From a virus, in the IMG/VR virus record IMGVR_UViG_3300038466_000014: a stretch of 64,000 nucleotides of DNA. One strand, 5' to 3'. The notes beneath the pieces are model-generated. The model was given only the letters and a program-made list of their open reading frames with translations, ran no database searches and had not been told where the DNA came from. The translations under genes and the position numbers were made by a program. Below are positions 1 to 10,525 of this stretch, piece after piece. Each line of letters opens with the position of its first letter. Position 1 is the stretch's first letter.

Positions 1-675
1 ATCCTCTTTGGCCGGTATGTATGTTACCGGAGACCCACAAAACTGATTTGATAAGTTTACGTCATAAATAACCCGCATCCAAACAGGATAGTTTGTAGAT
101 ATGTTAATCAGGGGATAAAGATGTCTAAGATATCCATATCCACACCGATAAACAGTTTTTATATCATTTACATCTGTAATCTTTTCCTGCACAGTACAAT
201 ACATCGAAGGCACTCTCGAATATGATTTTAATCTCGCGCTTTTCTTTTTAAGTGATACGATTATTCCAGCCGATGGTTGTATTACAGAATCTTCCGGTTG
301 TATATTGTTCTGTATCAAGCCGACAAAGTTTTTATTTAGCGCATCATCACTGTCCAGGCGAGTGGTTAACAAAAGCTCATCTTTATCGACTTTAGTTTTA
401 ATATATTTTCTTAAAATCTCTGTAAATACAATTTCCTCTGGACAATACAATATCGTTATATCTTTAAATCCACTCATTTTTTTCTTATCAGTATATTCTT
501 CCGAACATAAGCATATATATTCAAAATTTTTATTTATCTGATTTATTATAGACGGATAACATATTTTGTTAAATATATATAATCTATAATCAAACCATTC
601 CGGTCTGGCTCTAACTAATGGTGTTCTATTACTCCTAAAATTAATATTAAAGCGGGTAATAATAAAATGTTTCAT
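1..675 (-). CDS. Putative rhamnosyltransferase-family glycosyltransferase (3' end runs off window)
   Basis: Not in ORF track; manual translation from ATG 675 gives MKHFIITRFNINF...YPSIINQINKNF...TTRLDSDDAL, typical of the putative rhamnosyl transferase family. Confidence 0.7.
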   Translation of the reverse strand, partial: MKHFIITRFNINFRSNRTPLVRARPEWFDYRLYIFNKICYPSIINQINKNFEYICLCSEEYTDKKKMSGFKDITILYCPEEIVFTEILRKYIKTKVDKDELLLTTRLDSDDALNKNFVGLIQNNIQPEDSVIQPSAGIIVSLKKKSARLKSYSRVPSMYCTVQEKITDVNDIKTVYRCGYGYLRHLYPLINISTNYPVWMRVIYDVNLSNQFCGSPVTYIPAKED

Positions 676-693
676 GATATATATCCTCTCTAA

Positions 694-2142
694 TTACATA
701 CATTTTAGTCTATAAAACGCCTTCTCCCGCATACGCAAAACAGTCCTTTCAAAATTAGGAGATATATAATCTGAAAGATACATAGTTACATCACTCTCCA
801 CCTCGCTAAAAGCGCCTTTGAATCTTGTCGTTTCTGATGGGAACACTTGTAAATATTTTTTTGTAGGGTACAAATGTCCTACGACCTGAGAATAAAAATT
901 GTATTTAAACTTTTTAGACCCGAATGTGTATAATTTAACATCATCGTTTACAATCAGTTCAGGATTCCTAATTTTAAAACTTGTCTTGTTATATGGAAAA
1001 TATTTGTCTGTCGTCGGATAAGACCTGATAAGATCATAAACCATTGGAAATCTTCTGACTATTGTATCGTCAAGAACATCCATCAGGAACATACCTAAAA
1101 TCAACCCTTTCGGTGATGGAATTTCACATAATAAATCATAAGGAATTTCAAATATTCTGGATAGCAATGGAAATACTAACAGTCTGGTATGTGGATATAA
1201 TACGGATACTCCATTCATTTTATCCAGTATTCGTTCATATTTATCAGACTCCCCACAATACATCTTCATAATATCCATACCTTTGGAGATACATTTGTTA
1301 ATCGTGTCTTTACATGAAATACCATAAAATGTTTCTGTAGAACCAGTCATGATCTTGTCTATATTATCCCCCTCGGAGAAAAGATCTCCAAATATATATT
1401 TATCCTTATACATATCGTGCATAGTCCATCGTATAGAATGATCCACTTTGGAAATAATAAATGGAATCGGGTTCATTTTTGGATCCAAAATAACTATCAT
1501 ATATTTCATAATAAAATTAAACACCATCATAATAAATGTGTCTGGAGATTCTGAAATTGTGTTTTCAATAAAATCCCACATAAACCTATCAGAAACAGAC
1601 GATTTAAAAGTTCGTGATTTTATAACCTGAAATATTTTTTCGACTATATCGTCAGTAAAATACTTCTCTGTAACCTGCTGATAGAATTTTTTATGATCGG
1701 CATCATTCAGTCCTAATATATCATCCCATAGAAAAATAGCATATAGTTTAAGGCAAGTAGAACCGCATATTATTTTCCGTATGTCGTCTCCGGTAAAAGA
1801 TATACTCGACATACTTCGTTTTTCAACTTTGTAATATTTATCAAAATTTAAACCCATATTATTTATATATTTTTCAACATAATCATTTAATGTATTAATA
1901 TTGTTAAATAAAATTTGTGTATTGAATCGATCCCCTGTCTTAGTTATATAATTTAATATTAATATTTTAAACCAATGAGTAAACCCTGGTAATTCATCCA
2001 TTTCTTTAAGAACTACATTTATCATATCATATTTTTTATAAAATTGTGACGCTAATGGATTTAACTTGGTTATCTCTATAAATTCCTCATTTATAATATC
2101 AACTAAAATATATTTTCCTTTAGAGTCAACTATTTTCAACAT
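694..2142 (-). CDS. Hypothetical protein (482 aa)
   Basis: Long ORF in operon, no recognised motif. Confidence 0.5.
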   Translation of the reverse strand: MLKIVDSKGKYILVDIINEEFIEITKLNPLASQFYKKYDMINVVLKEMDELPGFTHWFKILILNYITKTGDRFNTQILFNNINTLNDYVEKYINNMGLNFDKYYKVEKRSMSSISFTGDDIRKIICGSTCLKLYAIFLWDDILGLNDADHKKFYQQVTEKYFTDDIVEKIFQVIKSRTFKSSVSDRFMWDFIENTISESPDTFIMMVFNFIMKYMIVILDPKMNPIPFIISKVDHSIRWTMHDMYKDKYIFGDLFSEGDNIDKIMTGSTETFYGISCKDTINKCISKGMDIMKMYCGESDKYERILDKMNGVSVLYPHTRLLVFPLLSRIFEIPYDLLCEIPSPKGLILGMFLMDVLDDTIVRRFPMVYDLIRSYPTTDKYFPYNKTSFKIRNPELIVNDDVKLYTFGSKKFKYNFYSQVVGHLYPTKKYLQVFPSETTRFKGAFSEVESDVTMYLSDYISPNFERTVLRMREKAFYRLKCM

Positions 2143-2143
2143 T

Positions 2144-2614
2144 TTATTGCGACACTTCCGGTATTTGTATTTCGTTTACAATACAATAATTGAAAAAATC
2201 CATTAGACTATTTCTTTCAAGATCTGCTATATCGGCCCTGTCATTAGTTCTCCAACCATAACTAAGTTCTGGATAATACACTAAATATCCACCGCCTTCG
2301 TCCCATGGGAGTTTGATAACTTCTTTTTTATAATTTTGGGACATATAATAATCAATTGACTTGTTGTTTACTAGCGGGATATACTCTGCGAATCTTCGCT
2401 CCCCACTTTCCAATAGCCCGAAAAACATAGACTTTGGTCTAACATATATTTTTTCTTCGTTTTGTTTTCTATAAATCACCATTTCTTCTTGGGTTTCGGT
2501 GTGTTCTCCAACGAATAATACTTCATATATCCCTCCTTTATAATGTTTATACATGTTATCGTGAGTTCTTCTTTTTATAGGTCTAAACATTTTTATGATA
2601 CCACTCCTCAGCAT
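2144..2614 (-). CDS. DUF1653-domain protein with HicB-like C-terminal segment
   Basis: YKHYKGGIYEVLFVGEHTETQEEMVIYR...YVRPKSMF; C-terminal DEGGGYLVYYPEL. Confidence 0.7.
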   Translation of the reverse strand: MLRSGIIKMFRPIKRRTHDNMYKHYKGGIYEVLFVGEHTETQEEMVIYRKQNEEKIYVRPKSMFFGLLESGERRFAEYIPLVNNKSIDYYMSQNYKKEVIKLPWDEGGGYLVYYPELSYGWRTNDRADIADLERNSLMDFFNYCIVNEIQIPEVSQ

Positions 2615-2861
2615 TTCCTAATGTTTTTACCAGTCTGATTTTATCTTCACTCATTAAATTGTTATTGGAATATATTTCCATTCTTAATTTGGAATATCCT
2701 TCATTTATACTTTTTATTTTTATAGGTTTACCAATATCGTTAAAAAAATCTTCAAGGATCATGGTCGAATGTTCTACAAATACGTCTTCACAACAAGCAA
2801 CTTCCTGAATTTTTCTAAGTAAGTCAACCGTCAGTTCTGTCTCGACAAGAGTTTTGCTCAC
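2583..2861 (-). CDS. Hypothetical protein
   Basis: GTG-start ORF preceded by GGGAGAG. Confidence 0.5.
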   Translation of the reverse strand: MSKTLVETELTVDLLRKIQEVACCEDVFVEHSTMILEDFFNDIGKPIKIKSINEGYSKLRMEIYSNNNLMSEDKIRLVKTLGNAEEWYHKNV

Positions 2862-2908
2862 GTATATCTCTCCCGGTGTCCAATAAAAATGTTTTTGTAT
2901 TTTTGAGG

Positions 2909-2997
2909 TACGAGTGACCCGGTGGTCGAAAGGGGTAACTCCCTACCGGGTCACTCGTAAGCATCAAAGGTTATACATTAATAAATGTATAACCTTT
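2909..2997. repeat. Two perfect inverted repeats (15-bp stem 2909-2959; 14-bp stem 2966-2997)
   Basis: tacgagtgacccggt...accgggtcactcgta; aaaggttatacatt-aata-aatgtataaccttt. Confidence 0.85.
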
Positions 2998-3006
2998 CAC
3001 TTCAGT

Positions 3007-3020
3007 ATTTAATATATATA
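3007..3020 (-). promoter_or_regulatory. Class A promoter-like motif TATATATATTAAAT
   Basis: Exact 14-mer found six times, always intergenic and oriented toward the downstream gene. Confidence 0.65.
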
Positions 3021-3029
3021 ATAAAATCA

Positions 3030-3290
3030 TTAATTTAATGATTTTTTAGCACGGGCAAGTCCTTTTCTTGAGTTCTTTTTCATAATCTTCTTCTTTAACT
3101 CCAGATATTTCTGTCTATGATATTCATACTTTTTATATACAGGATCTTTCTTTTCCTTGGCTATTTGGATAGCCGCCCTTCCACCCGCCCTCCTAATCTG
3201 AGATTTTTTTGTAAGCTTTATCATCTTAGTTTTGGCTTTTTCGTTTAGAATAGCCAAACATTCATTTAATAATTGTTCAACTATGTCCAT
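3030..3290 (-). CDS. Small highly basic protein
   Basis: Lys/Arg-rich 86 aa. Confidence 0.55.
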   Translation of the reverse strand: MDIVEQLLNECLAILNEKAKTKMIKLTKKSQIRRAGGRAAIQIAKEKKDPVYKKYEYHRQKYLELKKKIMKKNSRKGLARAKKSLN

Positions 3291-3314
3291 AGTAATAAAT
3301 CCTTTTTAGTTTAA

Positions 3315-4070
3315 TTACCCTAATAATTCCGCAGAATCCAACATTCTTGTTTTTACTTTATCAAAAGAAGAGTTAATAGTAGAATACAAAGTTTTAATAT
3401 TTGTCTTCGTCTCTACTGACACTGTTCCGGATACAGAATCTAAAAAATCATCAGGACTCATTCTACCATCATCTCCTATACTGGATCCTCCTAAAAAGGA
3501 GGTTAAACTTTCCACTCTTCCAGAAACATCGGCTCCACAAATAGCATCCAAACACTGAAGCAATCTATCCAACCACGGAATTTTAGCACCTAAGTTTAAA
3601 AGATCCAGTATATGATTTAACCAGCTTAGATCGAGAGCTATGCGAAATTCCGGAATAAGATCCGCAAGAAAAGACAGGGCGTCAAGAATACCTTTTATAA
3701 TATAATCTAAGAGCTTATTAAGCATCGCCAAAGGATCAAACCCTTCAAGAGCCAAACAAGCCTGAATCATTTCAAGAATCCTATCTATTCCAGTAGCTGA
3801 AATAATTGTATCTATTATACCATCAACTATAGATAAGGTAGAAGAAACCGCGCTCTCCACCGCCTCCGCAGAAGATGCCGGTAATCCACCAAGCGCATTC
3901 GCCTTATCTTTAATTTCATCCAGAGGACCAGTAATCATTCCAAGATATGGATATACACTGGCAAACGCCCGATCGAAATCGGAAAGCATAGATGTGCATA
4001 AAGCATTAAAAGGTAGATCTAATCCTGGAAATTCTAAATTGGGTACGCTGAGATTTGGTAGTTCAAACAT
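3315..4070 (-). CDS. Hypothetical virion/baseplate-associated protein
   Basis: Directly follows gp5-like gene; helical, acidic. Confidence 0.4.
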   Translation of the reverse strand: MFELPNLSVPNLEFPGLDLPFNALCTSMLSDFDRAFASVYPYLGMITGPLDEIKDKANALGGLPASSAEAVESAVSSTLSIVDGIIDTIISATGIDRILEMIQACLALEGFDPLAMLNKLLDYIIKGILDALSFLADLIPEFRIALDLSWLNHILDLLNLGAKIPWLDRLLQCLDAICGADVSGRVESLTSFLGGSSIGDDGRMSPDDFLDSVSGTVSVETKTNIKTLYSTINSSFDKVKTRMLDSAELLG

Positions 4071-5156
4071 TTAAGTATTCCTACTACCTTCTGGGTCTGT
4101 TGTTGGCGCTGGAACTGCCGGAGTAGCAGATCCAGCCGGAGCCGAAATTGCACCATTAAGAGAAATAATTTCTCCATCCACTCCTATCGGCCCGGGAGAC
4201 CGTATCGATAAATTTAAACTGGATTCAGTCATAGAACTTCTGGCAGATTTTATATTTGTATCCAATCCAGCATCTATGTTCATATTTAATCCCGATTTAT
4301 GATTTGTATGAAGAACAGACTCTTGATACATATTTTTTCCGGACTTGATATGAATATCTTTTTTCGATTCTATATAAATATCATCATCTGCTTTTATGCT
4401 TATTTTTCCGGTAGTCTGCCAATAATAATCGTTATCATTCTTTAAAATAACATCGTTCTTAAGATATACTTGCAAATTCTGTTGGTCAATATCCAAATGA
4501 ATAAAATCTCCTTTATGAGTTCGAATCAATACTTTCTCCATCCCATCTCGTTCATCGAATAATATGGTTGTCTGATTACCATCTATCGAATACGTTGACG
4601 TATCGTTACCTGCCGGAGATGTTCCACCAAGTGTTCTTTTCTTGCCGGTAATTTCCACGCGCTGAACATCTTCTGAATCCGCCACGCATATAGTTCTACC
4701 TTGCCGAGTTTTTAATATTGTGTACACCTTATGTGGATAATCTACTTTACGGTTTTCCGGTGGTAATTTTGCATGTCCGATATCAACCGCTCCGATATAT
4801 CTCGGAAGGTTCGGATTAAACCCTTCAAAAAAGACATATATCCAAGAACCTTTAGGAGGAACATATACAGTCCCTTGATAAAAAGAATCTTTACTCATAT
4901 CCAGAGAGTTTCTTCCTCCAAGAGAATTGTTTGCCGGATACGCTATAATCCCATATCCTGACGGATCTGCTTCATTTAAGGATGGATCTTTATCCGTCAT
5001 CGTATCGGGTATAAACACACGAATCGCGCCGTAGTCATTGTCATCGATGTCGACTTCAGTAACTACGGCGCGATGTATTCCGGCATACTTCATTTTTTCT
5101 TTGATATCTTTTAATTCTTTTAATAATGAGGGAGCACTTCCAATTTCCTGAACCAT
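4071..5156 (-). CDS. Baseplate central spike, gp5/VgrG-like (OB fold + beta-helix)
   Basis: GIHRAVV...GAIRVFIP, VPPKGSWIYVFFEGFNPNLPRYIG, C-terminal 8-residue beta-helix repeats ending ISLNG. Confidence 0.8.
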   Translation of the reverse strand: MVQEIGSAPSLLKELKDIKEKMKYAGIHRAVVTEVDIDDNDYGAIRVFIPDTMTDKDPSLNEADPSGYGIIAYPANNSLGGRNSLDMSKDSFYQGTVYVPPKGSWIYVFFEGFNPNLPRYIGAVDIGHAKLPPENRKVDYPHKVYTILKTRQGRTICVADSEDVQRVEITGKKRTLGGTSPAGNDTSTYSIDGNQTTILFDERDGMEKVLIRTHKGDFIHLDIDQQNLQVYLKNDVILKNDNDYYWQTTGKISIKADDDIYIESKKDIHIKSGKNMYQESVLHTNHKSGLNMNIDAGLDTNIKSARSSMTESSLNLSIRSPGPIGVDGEIISLNGAISAPAGSATPAVPAPTTDPEGSRNT

Positions 5157-5163
5157 TATTGTC

Positions 5164-6027
5164 CTACATTTTCAAAGCGATGTAATTCAATTTTTGAAAT
5201 AACGCCGTATTTACTTTTGACAAGTATCCAGTAAATATACTATTTCCGGGAACCGTAGACGCCACAATAGTAGCATAGAATCTCGAAACATCCTCAAACA
5301 TTGGTAGCGAAGCCATACCCATTGTACTAATAATCTTATTGGAAAACGTGTTTTCAGATAATGGGATAATTTTATTCTTATTAATAGCAAGCAATAAGTT
5401 TTTAATACTCTTAAAATCAAAATCTAAATTTAAAGTCCCCGGATCCATATACAAAGAAGTTCCCAATCTCTTTTTCAGCGCGTCGTTCTGTTCTTCTCCG
5501 AACATGGACACATATACATAATACGAAATCAAAAACCGCAAACTCGGAATAAGATTGGAATACGATCCTATAAGACCAGAACCTTTACCAAACAATTTCA
5601 TAAAAATGGAAAAAATCATATTCGATATAGAAATGGCATGATCCGCAGACATCTCTGTCTTACCCATAATATTCTTAAGAACCGCCGAATATAATACCAG
5701 AGTATAAATATCCACATGATTATAATCAGTAATAGACTTCTGTGGCAGAACTGAAAGGTTTACACCCGGAATACCAGAAGTGGTAACAAATCCGGGTAGA
5801 GGATATAATGGGAAATCAGTTACCGAAATCGCTTTTGAGTATTTATCAACCAACCCTTTTCCAGCATGGGATTTAATGCGCCCGAAAGTGGACACAAGAC
5901 CCATAAGATAGTTTCTATCTTGATTACTAACAAGATACGCGCTTAGTGTACTCTTCGATATAGGAAGAACGTTATATACTTCCCCATCTGATTTATAAAT
6001 CAATTCAAACTTTTCTTTTATTACCAT
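5164..6027 (-). CDS. Hypothetical protein in structural cluster
   Basis: 287-aa ORF between baseplate genes. Confidence 0.45.
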   Translation of the reverse strand: MVIKEKFELIYKSDGEVYNVLPISKSTLSAYLVSNQDRNYLMGLVSTFGRIKSHAGKGLVDKYSKAISVTDFPLYPLPGFVTTSGIPGVNLSVLPQKSITDYNHVDIYTLVLYSAVLKNIMGKTEMSADHAISISNMIFSIFMKLFGKGSGLIGSYSNLIPSLRFLISYYVYVSMFGEEQNDALKKRLGTSLYMDPGTLNLDFDFKSIKNLLLAINKNKIIPLSENTFSNKIISTMGMASLPMFEDVSRFYATIVASTVPGNSIFTGYLSKVNTALFQKLNYIALKM

Positions 6028-6038
6028 TAATATAGTTC

Positions 6039-6545
6039 CTATTCGAATGGGCTTGAATAAAACTCGTCGATTGCTTTTTGACCCGCAGTCCTATTTTTCG
6101 CATCCGTATCTAACGACGACGCGAGCTTATAATAGTTAGGTATGACCGTCTCGTCACTATCGACCAATAACGGATTTGTATCCGGTCGCACAGTAGCCAA
6201 ATCGACGATAGTGCTATAAGACGGGATATATATGTAATCTTTATCTCTATATTCTTCTATATGATCTATTTGATTTATATACAGAATAAGCGGCCAGAAC
6301 ATAACCGTTCCATATGTATCGAACGATGTATAGTCTGGCCGCTGGCTCCATCTCGAAATGGCTGGAGATCGAACACAATTACTTAATAATTCAAAAAATT
6401 TATCCTCATACGCATATATCGAAAAGGACGGGAAATAAACACTTATGTTTTGCTCATCATCTTTTTCGACATACCATGCCCGCAGAGCGTCCAAATTTAG
6501 AGGAGATCGTGATCGGACTTCGGAATCTGATGTGATTGTTCTCAT
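6039..6545 (-). CDS. Baseplate wedge protein, T4 gp53-like
   Basis: RPDYTSFDTYGTVMFWPLILYINQI...IYIPS LysM-like signature. Confidence 0.65.
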   Translation of the reverse strand: MRTITSDSEVRSRSPLNLDALRAWYVEKDDEQNISVYFPSFSIYAYEDKFFELLSNCVRSPAISRWSQRPDYTSFDTYGTVMFWPLILYINQIDHIEEYRDKDYIYIPSYSTIVDLATVRPDTNPLLVDSDETVIPNYYKLASSLDTDAKNRTAGQKAIDEFYSSPFE

Positions 6546-6559
6546 GTATTTAAATTACC

Positions 6560-7195
6560 TTATTGTATTTCAGCCGAAGCCGGTGTCCATGTATATTGGT
6601 TCCGAACCCATCCACAATTACTAAATGATATATTCTTTCTCTCGGTGATAACTTCCATATCCTCTTCGTCGATAAAATAATTATCTATAAGATATGTCCA
6701 TTGTCCTTTAACCATCTCCATAGGAATATTTAAAAATCCATTGTGGAATTTTTCGTGTAACGATCTGATTATAGGTATAAATCCAATATTATTTTGATAA
6801 TGTAAATTAATAACATCCTGGCAAATATCAAAAGAACAAAAAGGTTTTCCGGCATTTACATATGAATTAACTATTGTGCGAACAATCGAAAACATGGAGA
6901 TTGGATGGTGATGTATATCCACGGTAACTTGTGAAGAATTCTCTCCAGAAATCACACAGTAAAAGAAACCAAGGGCCTCCTTTACATATCTGGTCCAATC
7001 CCCATATTCCGGACTTTTTCTTATGATATTTTCTACCTTTTTTATATACTTGATTTGTTCTTTATCATCATTAAATTCTGTTCTTTTTAACGAAAGAGTA
7101 TATGGAAATCCTTCTATAGATAAAGTATCATTATCAATAGATATATTAGGATTCTGTTGTTGGAATAGCTGGTTTTGAATATCTTGTTCTTCCAT
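6560..7195 (-). CDS. Conserved phage protein with HNH-like His cluster
   Basis: CVISG...VDIHHHP...SLHEKFH; GGAGG upstream of ATG 7195 (ORF track starts at 7216). Confidence 0.5.
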   Translation of the reverse strand: MEEQDIQNQLFQQQNPNISIDNDTLSIEGFPYTLSLKRTEFNDDKEQIKYIKKVENIIRKSPEYGDWTRYVKEALGFFYCVISGENSSQVTVDIHHHPISMFSIVRTIVNSYVNAGKPFCSFDICQDVINLHYQNNIGFIPIIRSLHEKFHNGFLNIPMEMVKGQWTYLIDNYFIDEEDMEVITERKNISFSNCGWVRNQYTWTPASAEIQ

Positions 7196-8486
7196 CAAAC
7201 GGATCCTCCCACTCATCTTTTGGAATATATCCTGACATGTCTCTTACGACCTTGCTACTGGAACATTTGGAACATGTTCCGTCAAATCTGGTCAATGCCG
7301 CATTAAGAGCCGTTGCTGTAGGGTTGTGTTCCGGTTCATCTCCATATTTTTTAATACCGTTTACAATATTATTCATATCATAAACAGCTTTGACTATAAT
7401 AGCATGATCTTCCGCTTGGGGAGAAATCATATAATTCTCTTTTAATGCCTGTTTGACAGAAGATACCGCAAACGGTTTATTCCATCTGGACACTTCAGCA
7501 TAATCCAAAACATTATTTAAATTCATAGCGTTCTTCATATACACAAACGGCATTTCATAACACGCGCCCATCTTGGTAGTACAGAAATGCGCGGATTCTT
7601 TCGCCTCATTAACGACAACCAAATCACCCCATCCGGCTTTACTCAACTCTTTATACAATGATAACGTATCTTTGAGTTCCATTTCATCAAAGTCCACATT
7701 GGAGAAAATAGTCATTGTAGACCACATTCTTCCTGTACGGGTATCCATATATTTCATCAATTTTTTAGGATCTGCAAGTTCATCGCTCTTAGGAGCAAAA
7801 ATAATATCAAAGGTTTGATCGTATTCAACAGGATCTCCAGAAGAGAAAAATCTCTGCCGCTTACCACCACGAATTCCCTGACTTCTAACAGCCCACATGT
7901 CAGTAAAAGGAGTCTTCGCCTGATACGCGGCCCATTTCTTAAGGAACCAGGATTTAATCTCGCTTCTACCGCGCATATCAGCCAGAAGTTTAACAAACGG
8001 CGTTGTGTCTTCAATCGTGTAAGGAACACATTTGATCCCTACAGTAAGAATCCTTGAGGATACTCCAGAACTCAAAAGTCCTCCGGTTTTGATAGTAACC
8101 GGAATCTGTAGGTATGTCGGTTCCAATCCAATATAATGGTAGAATGTTAATCCTTTAGGATATTCGATTGCGGTTGTTGCAGTAGCAAGATCTTTCTTTG
8201 ATGCAAGTATTTCTTTCTCGTTTGCACCAATCTCTTTACTCTTTCCGGAAAACGCTCCGGCTATTAATTCCATTCCTTTTTTACTTGCTTCTTTTGAAAC
8301 ATCCGCAGAAAGACTCGGGCCTTCCGCAACAACCGTGCGGTTCTTATACTTCCTTAATAGAGCAAGTCTAAATGACGTGCTATAATTAAGGATGATGTTT
8401 CTTTCAACAGTTTTCGCGATCGCGGGTACAAGCCGTGCATTCACATTAGGGCTTACCAGCGCCGGAATTACAAAAAACGCATCCAT
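7146..8486 (-). CDS. Hypothetical protein, probably virion-associated
   Basis: 446-aa ORF with AAGGAG RBS, downstream of class B motif. Confidence 0.45.
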   Translation of the reverse strand: MDAFFVIPALVSPNVNARLVPAIAKTVERNIILNYSTSFRLALLRKYKNRTVVAEGPSLSADVSKEASKKGMELIAGAFSGKSKEIGANEKEILASKKDLATATTAIEYPKGLTFYHYIGLEPTYLQIPVTIKTGGLLSSGVSSRILTVGIKCVPYTIEDTTPFVKLLADMRGRSEIKSWFLKKWAAYQAKTPFTDMWAVRSQGIRGGKRQRFFSSGDPVEYDQTFDIIFAPKSDELADPKKLMKYMDTRTGRMWSTMTIFSNVDFDEMELKDTLSLYKELSKAGWGDLVVVNEAKESAHFCTTKMGACYEMPFVYMKNAMNLNNVLDYAEVSRWNKPFAVSSVKQALKENYMISPQAEDHAIIVKAVYDMNNIVNGIKKYGDEPEHNPTATALNAALTRFDGTCSKCSSSKVVRDMSGYIPKDEWEDPFDGRTRYSKPAIPTTES

Positions 8487-8657
8487 AAGTTCTCCTTATA
8501 ACCACTTAATATCTTCTGGTTTAACTGTATGATGATTATCTATATCAAAATCTTTATTATTAATCTTTTTTTCTTCGTTTTGTTTAAGCGCTTTTTGATC
8601 TTTTGTTACTATCTGGATGATATCCATAATATCTACAGGTTTTTTATTATCCATGGT

Positions 8658-9170
8658 TTATGATAATGAAAGGTCTATAAGTGCATCCCGAAGGGTTTTG
8701 TGGGCATCTACGAGAACTTTGTTGTGGAAATCATTCGCGTTAATCGAATTCTCTTTCAATGCTTTGGTCATAGTCAAATCATCTATAGCAACAGCATTTC
8801 TCCGTCTCTTTACTACATATTTAGCCATATGGTCAGAACCCTCAAGTAAATTCATCTCGGCAATCTCTTTACGCACGAGTTTCTTAACAGAGTCTTCCCT
8901 AAGAATTCTTCCAGCCTTTTCAAGAGACTTATTGGCAAGATTGCTAAAGAGTTCGGGCATTTCTCTAAGATTGGAGATCTTAAGATTCGGGTTATAATTA
9001 AGCTGTGAATACATCTCATACAAATTCAAAAGAAACGCGCCTTTTGTTTTACAATACTTTTTATATATTTCCGGAGCAAGAACATCTTTTGGAGTGGCGC
9101 TCTCAAAAAGAACACAATCAACTCCAAACCAATGACCAAGGGTTACTGCCTGACGATTTTGTGTACCCAT
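8658..9170 (-). CDS. Hypothetical protein
   Basis: First ORF after class B motif; AAGGAG RBS. Confidence 0.5.
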   Translation of the reverse strand: MGTQNRQAVTLGHWFGVDCVLFESATPKDVLAPEIYKKYCKTKGAFLLNLYEMYSQLNYNPNLKISNLREMPELFSNLANKSLEKAGRILREDSVKKLVRKEIAEMNLLEGSDHMAKYVVKRRRNAVAIDDLTMTKALKENSINANDFHNKVLVDAHKTLRDALIDLSLS

Positions 9171-9248
9171 AACTAATAAGTTCTCCTTACAAATTTTAAA
9201 AACAATTGATAGTTAATCATATAATAAATAATATTAGATATATCGTAG

Positions 9249-9266
9249 TTTTATAATTTGTCCTGA
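9249..9266 (-). promoter_or_regulatory. Class B promoter-like motif TCAGGACAAATTATAAAA
   Basis: Identical 18-mer at 14127-14144; core AGGACAAATTWTAAA at four further sites. Confidence 0.65.
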
Positions 9267-9289
9267 TTTTTTTTTAAAAAATTAATAAG

Positions 9290-10525
9290 TTAATCAACTA
9301 ATGAATCGTTTCTACTACCACTTTTATATGGTTTGAAGTATTCATTCTGTAGAACATCTTTTACATTATTATCAAATGCATCTCTAAAAGCAGGGTTGTT
9401 TATGTATAGCGATGCTGCTTCTTTTTGTCTAAATTTCATATCCGGAATATCGATAATACGACACCATCCTCCAGACACCACAATCCGTTTAAAATCTTTT
9501 AACATATTCCAATTAGACCAGAAATTAGAAAATCCTTTTTCAAATGAAAATACTAACGAAAATGCAATATGCGGCGTAAATAATTTATTTTTAATCGTAA
9601 ACCCATCAATAAACATACCATTGAATCCTAACTCGTCTGGTTTAATATCAGAAGATGGTTTAAGAAAGATAATCTGTTTTGTATTGTAAATAACACTATT
9701 ACCACCCGGAATTTTCTTATCGTTTAACCATTTCAAATCAGGGGCTTTTGGCATATTACCGATGTTTATTTTATCTCTGAGTTGGTTGATTGCGATAAGG
9801 CATATTTTAAATTTATTAAGTTTCTTTACGTACTTAGGTAAGGCGAACGCCAACAGGCGGGCTTTTTCTCCCATGACCTTATTCATATCATCTTCGAGTT
9901 CACCCTTTTCCGTAAGGGTATTGGCAATAGAGTCCCACACGATTATACTCGGTAAATCTATTAATTCCGGATGTTCTTCTTTAAATGCGCATATACCATC
10001 GACAATTTTAAATATCTTTTCCACAGTGATATCAGTAATAGGTTCCTCTTCGGGATATCTAACCCCGAGTTCAGAAAGGCGGTCTTTGGTCATCGCCTCT
10101 TCTGAATCCGCATAAACAGTAATCATTTTTCCAGCGTACTTTTTCTGACATGTCGATATAATCTTTGCGGCGAGGGTAGATTTACCGGCTCCTGATGCGG
10201 ACACGATCATTGTTAACCCGGTAGCAAATCCACCACCCAAAATAGTATCCAGTACATCTATACCAGAAGGTACTGTTCCTGAAATCGGATCACAAATATC
10301 AATAGAATATGACTTTTTCAAAAATGATCTAAAAGACACTCCGAGATCTTTTGCGGATTTTTTTTCGTCGTCAGACACACTCTTAACCGCATATACACTT
10401 GTCTGAAGTTCGGTCTCTTTATCAGCAACCTCTTCTATCTCCACCTCGTCATCCGCTTCCACGACATCGTGAATAACTCCCTCGTTTTCAACCATTGTTT
10501 CGTCCAACTCAACCGCATTAGTCAT
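9290..10525 (-). CDS. recA: RecA/UvsX-family recombinase
   Basis: SGIDVLDTILGGG, Walker A SASGAGKST, DSEEA, IIVWDSIA, INQLRDKI, PGGNS, KNKL. Confidence 0.92.
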   Translation of the reverse strand: MTNAVELDETMVENEGVIHDVVEADDEVEIEEVADKETELQTSVYAVKSVSDDEKKSAKDLGVSFRSFLKKSYSIDICDPISGTVPSGIDVLDTILGGGFATGLTMIVSASGAGKSTLAAKIISTCQKKYAGKMITVYADSEEAMTKDRLSELGVRYPEEEPITDITVEKIFKIVDGICAFKEEHPELIDLPSIIVWDSIANTLTEKGELEDDMNKVMGEKARLLAFALPKYVKKLNKFKICLIAINQLRDKINIGNMPKAPDLKWLNDKKIPGGNSVIYNTKQIIFLKPSSDIKPDELGFNGMFIDGFTIKNKLFTPHIAFSLVFSFEKGFSNFWSNWNMLKDFKRIVVSGGWCRIIDIPDMKFRQKEAASLYINNPAFRDAFDNNVKDVLQNEYFKPYKSGSRNDSLVD

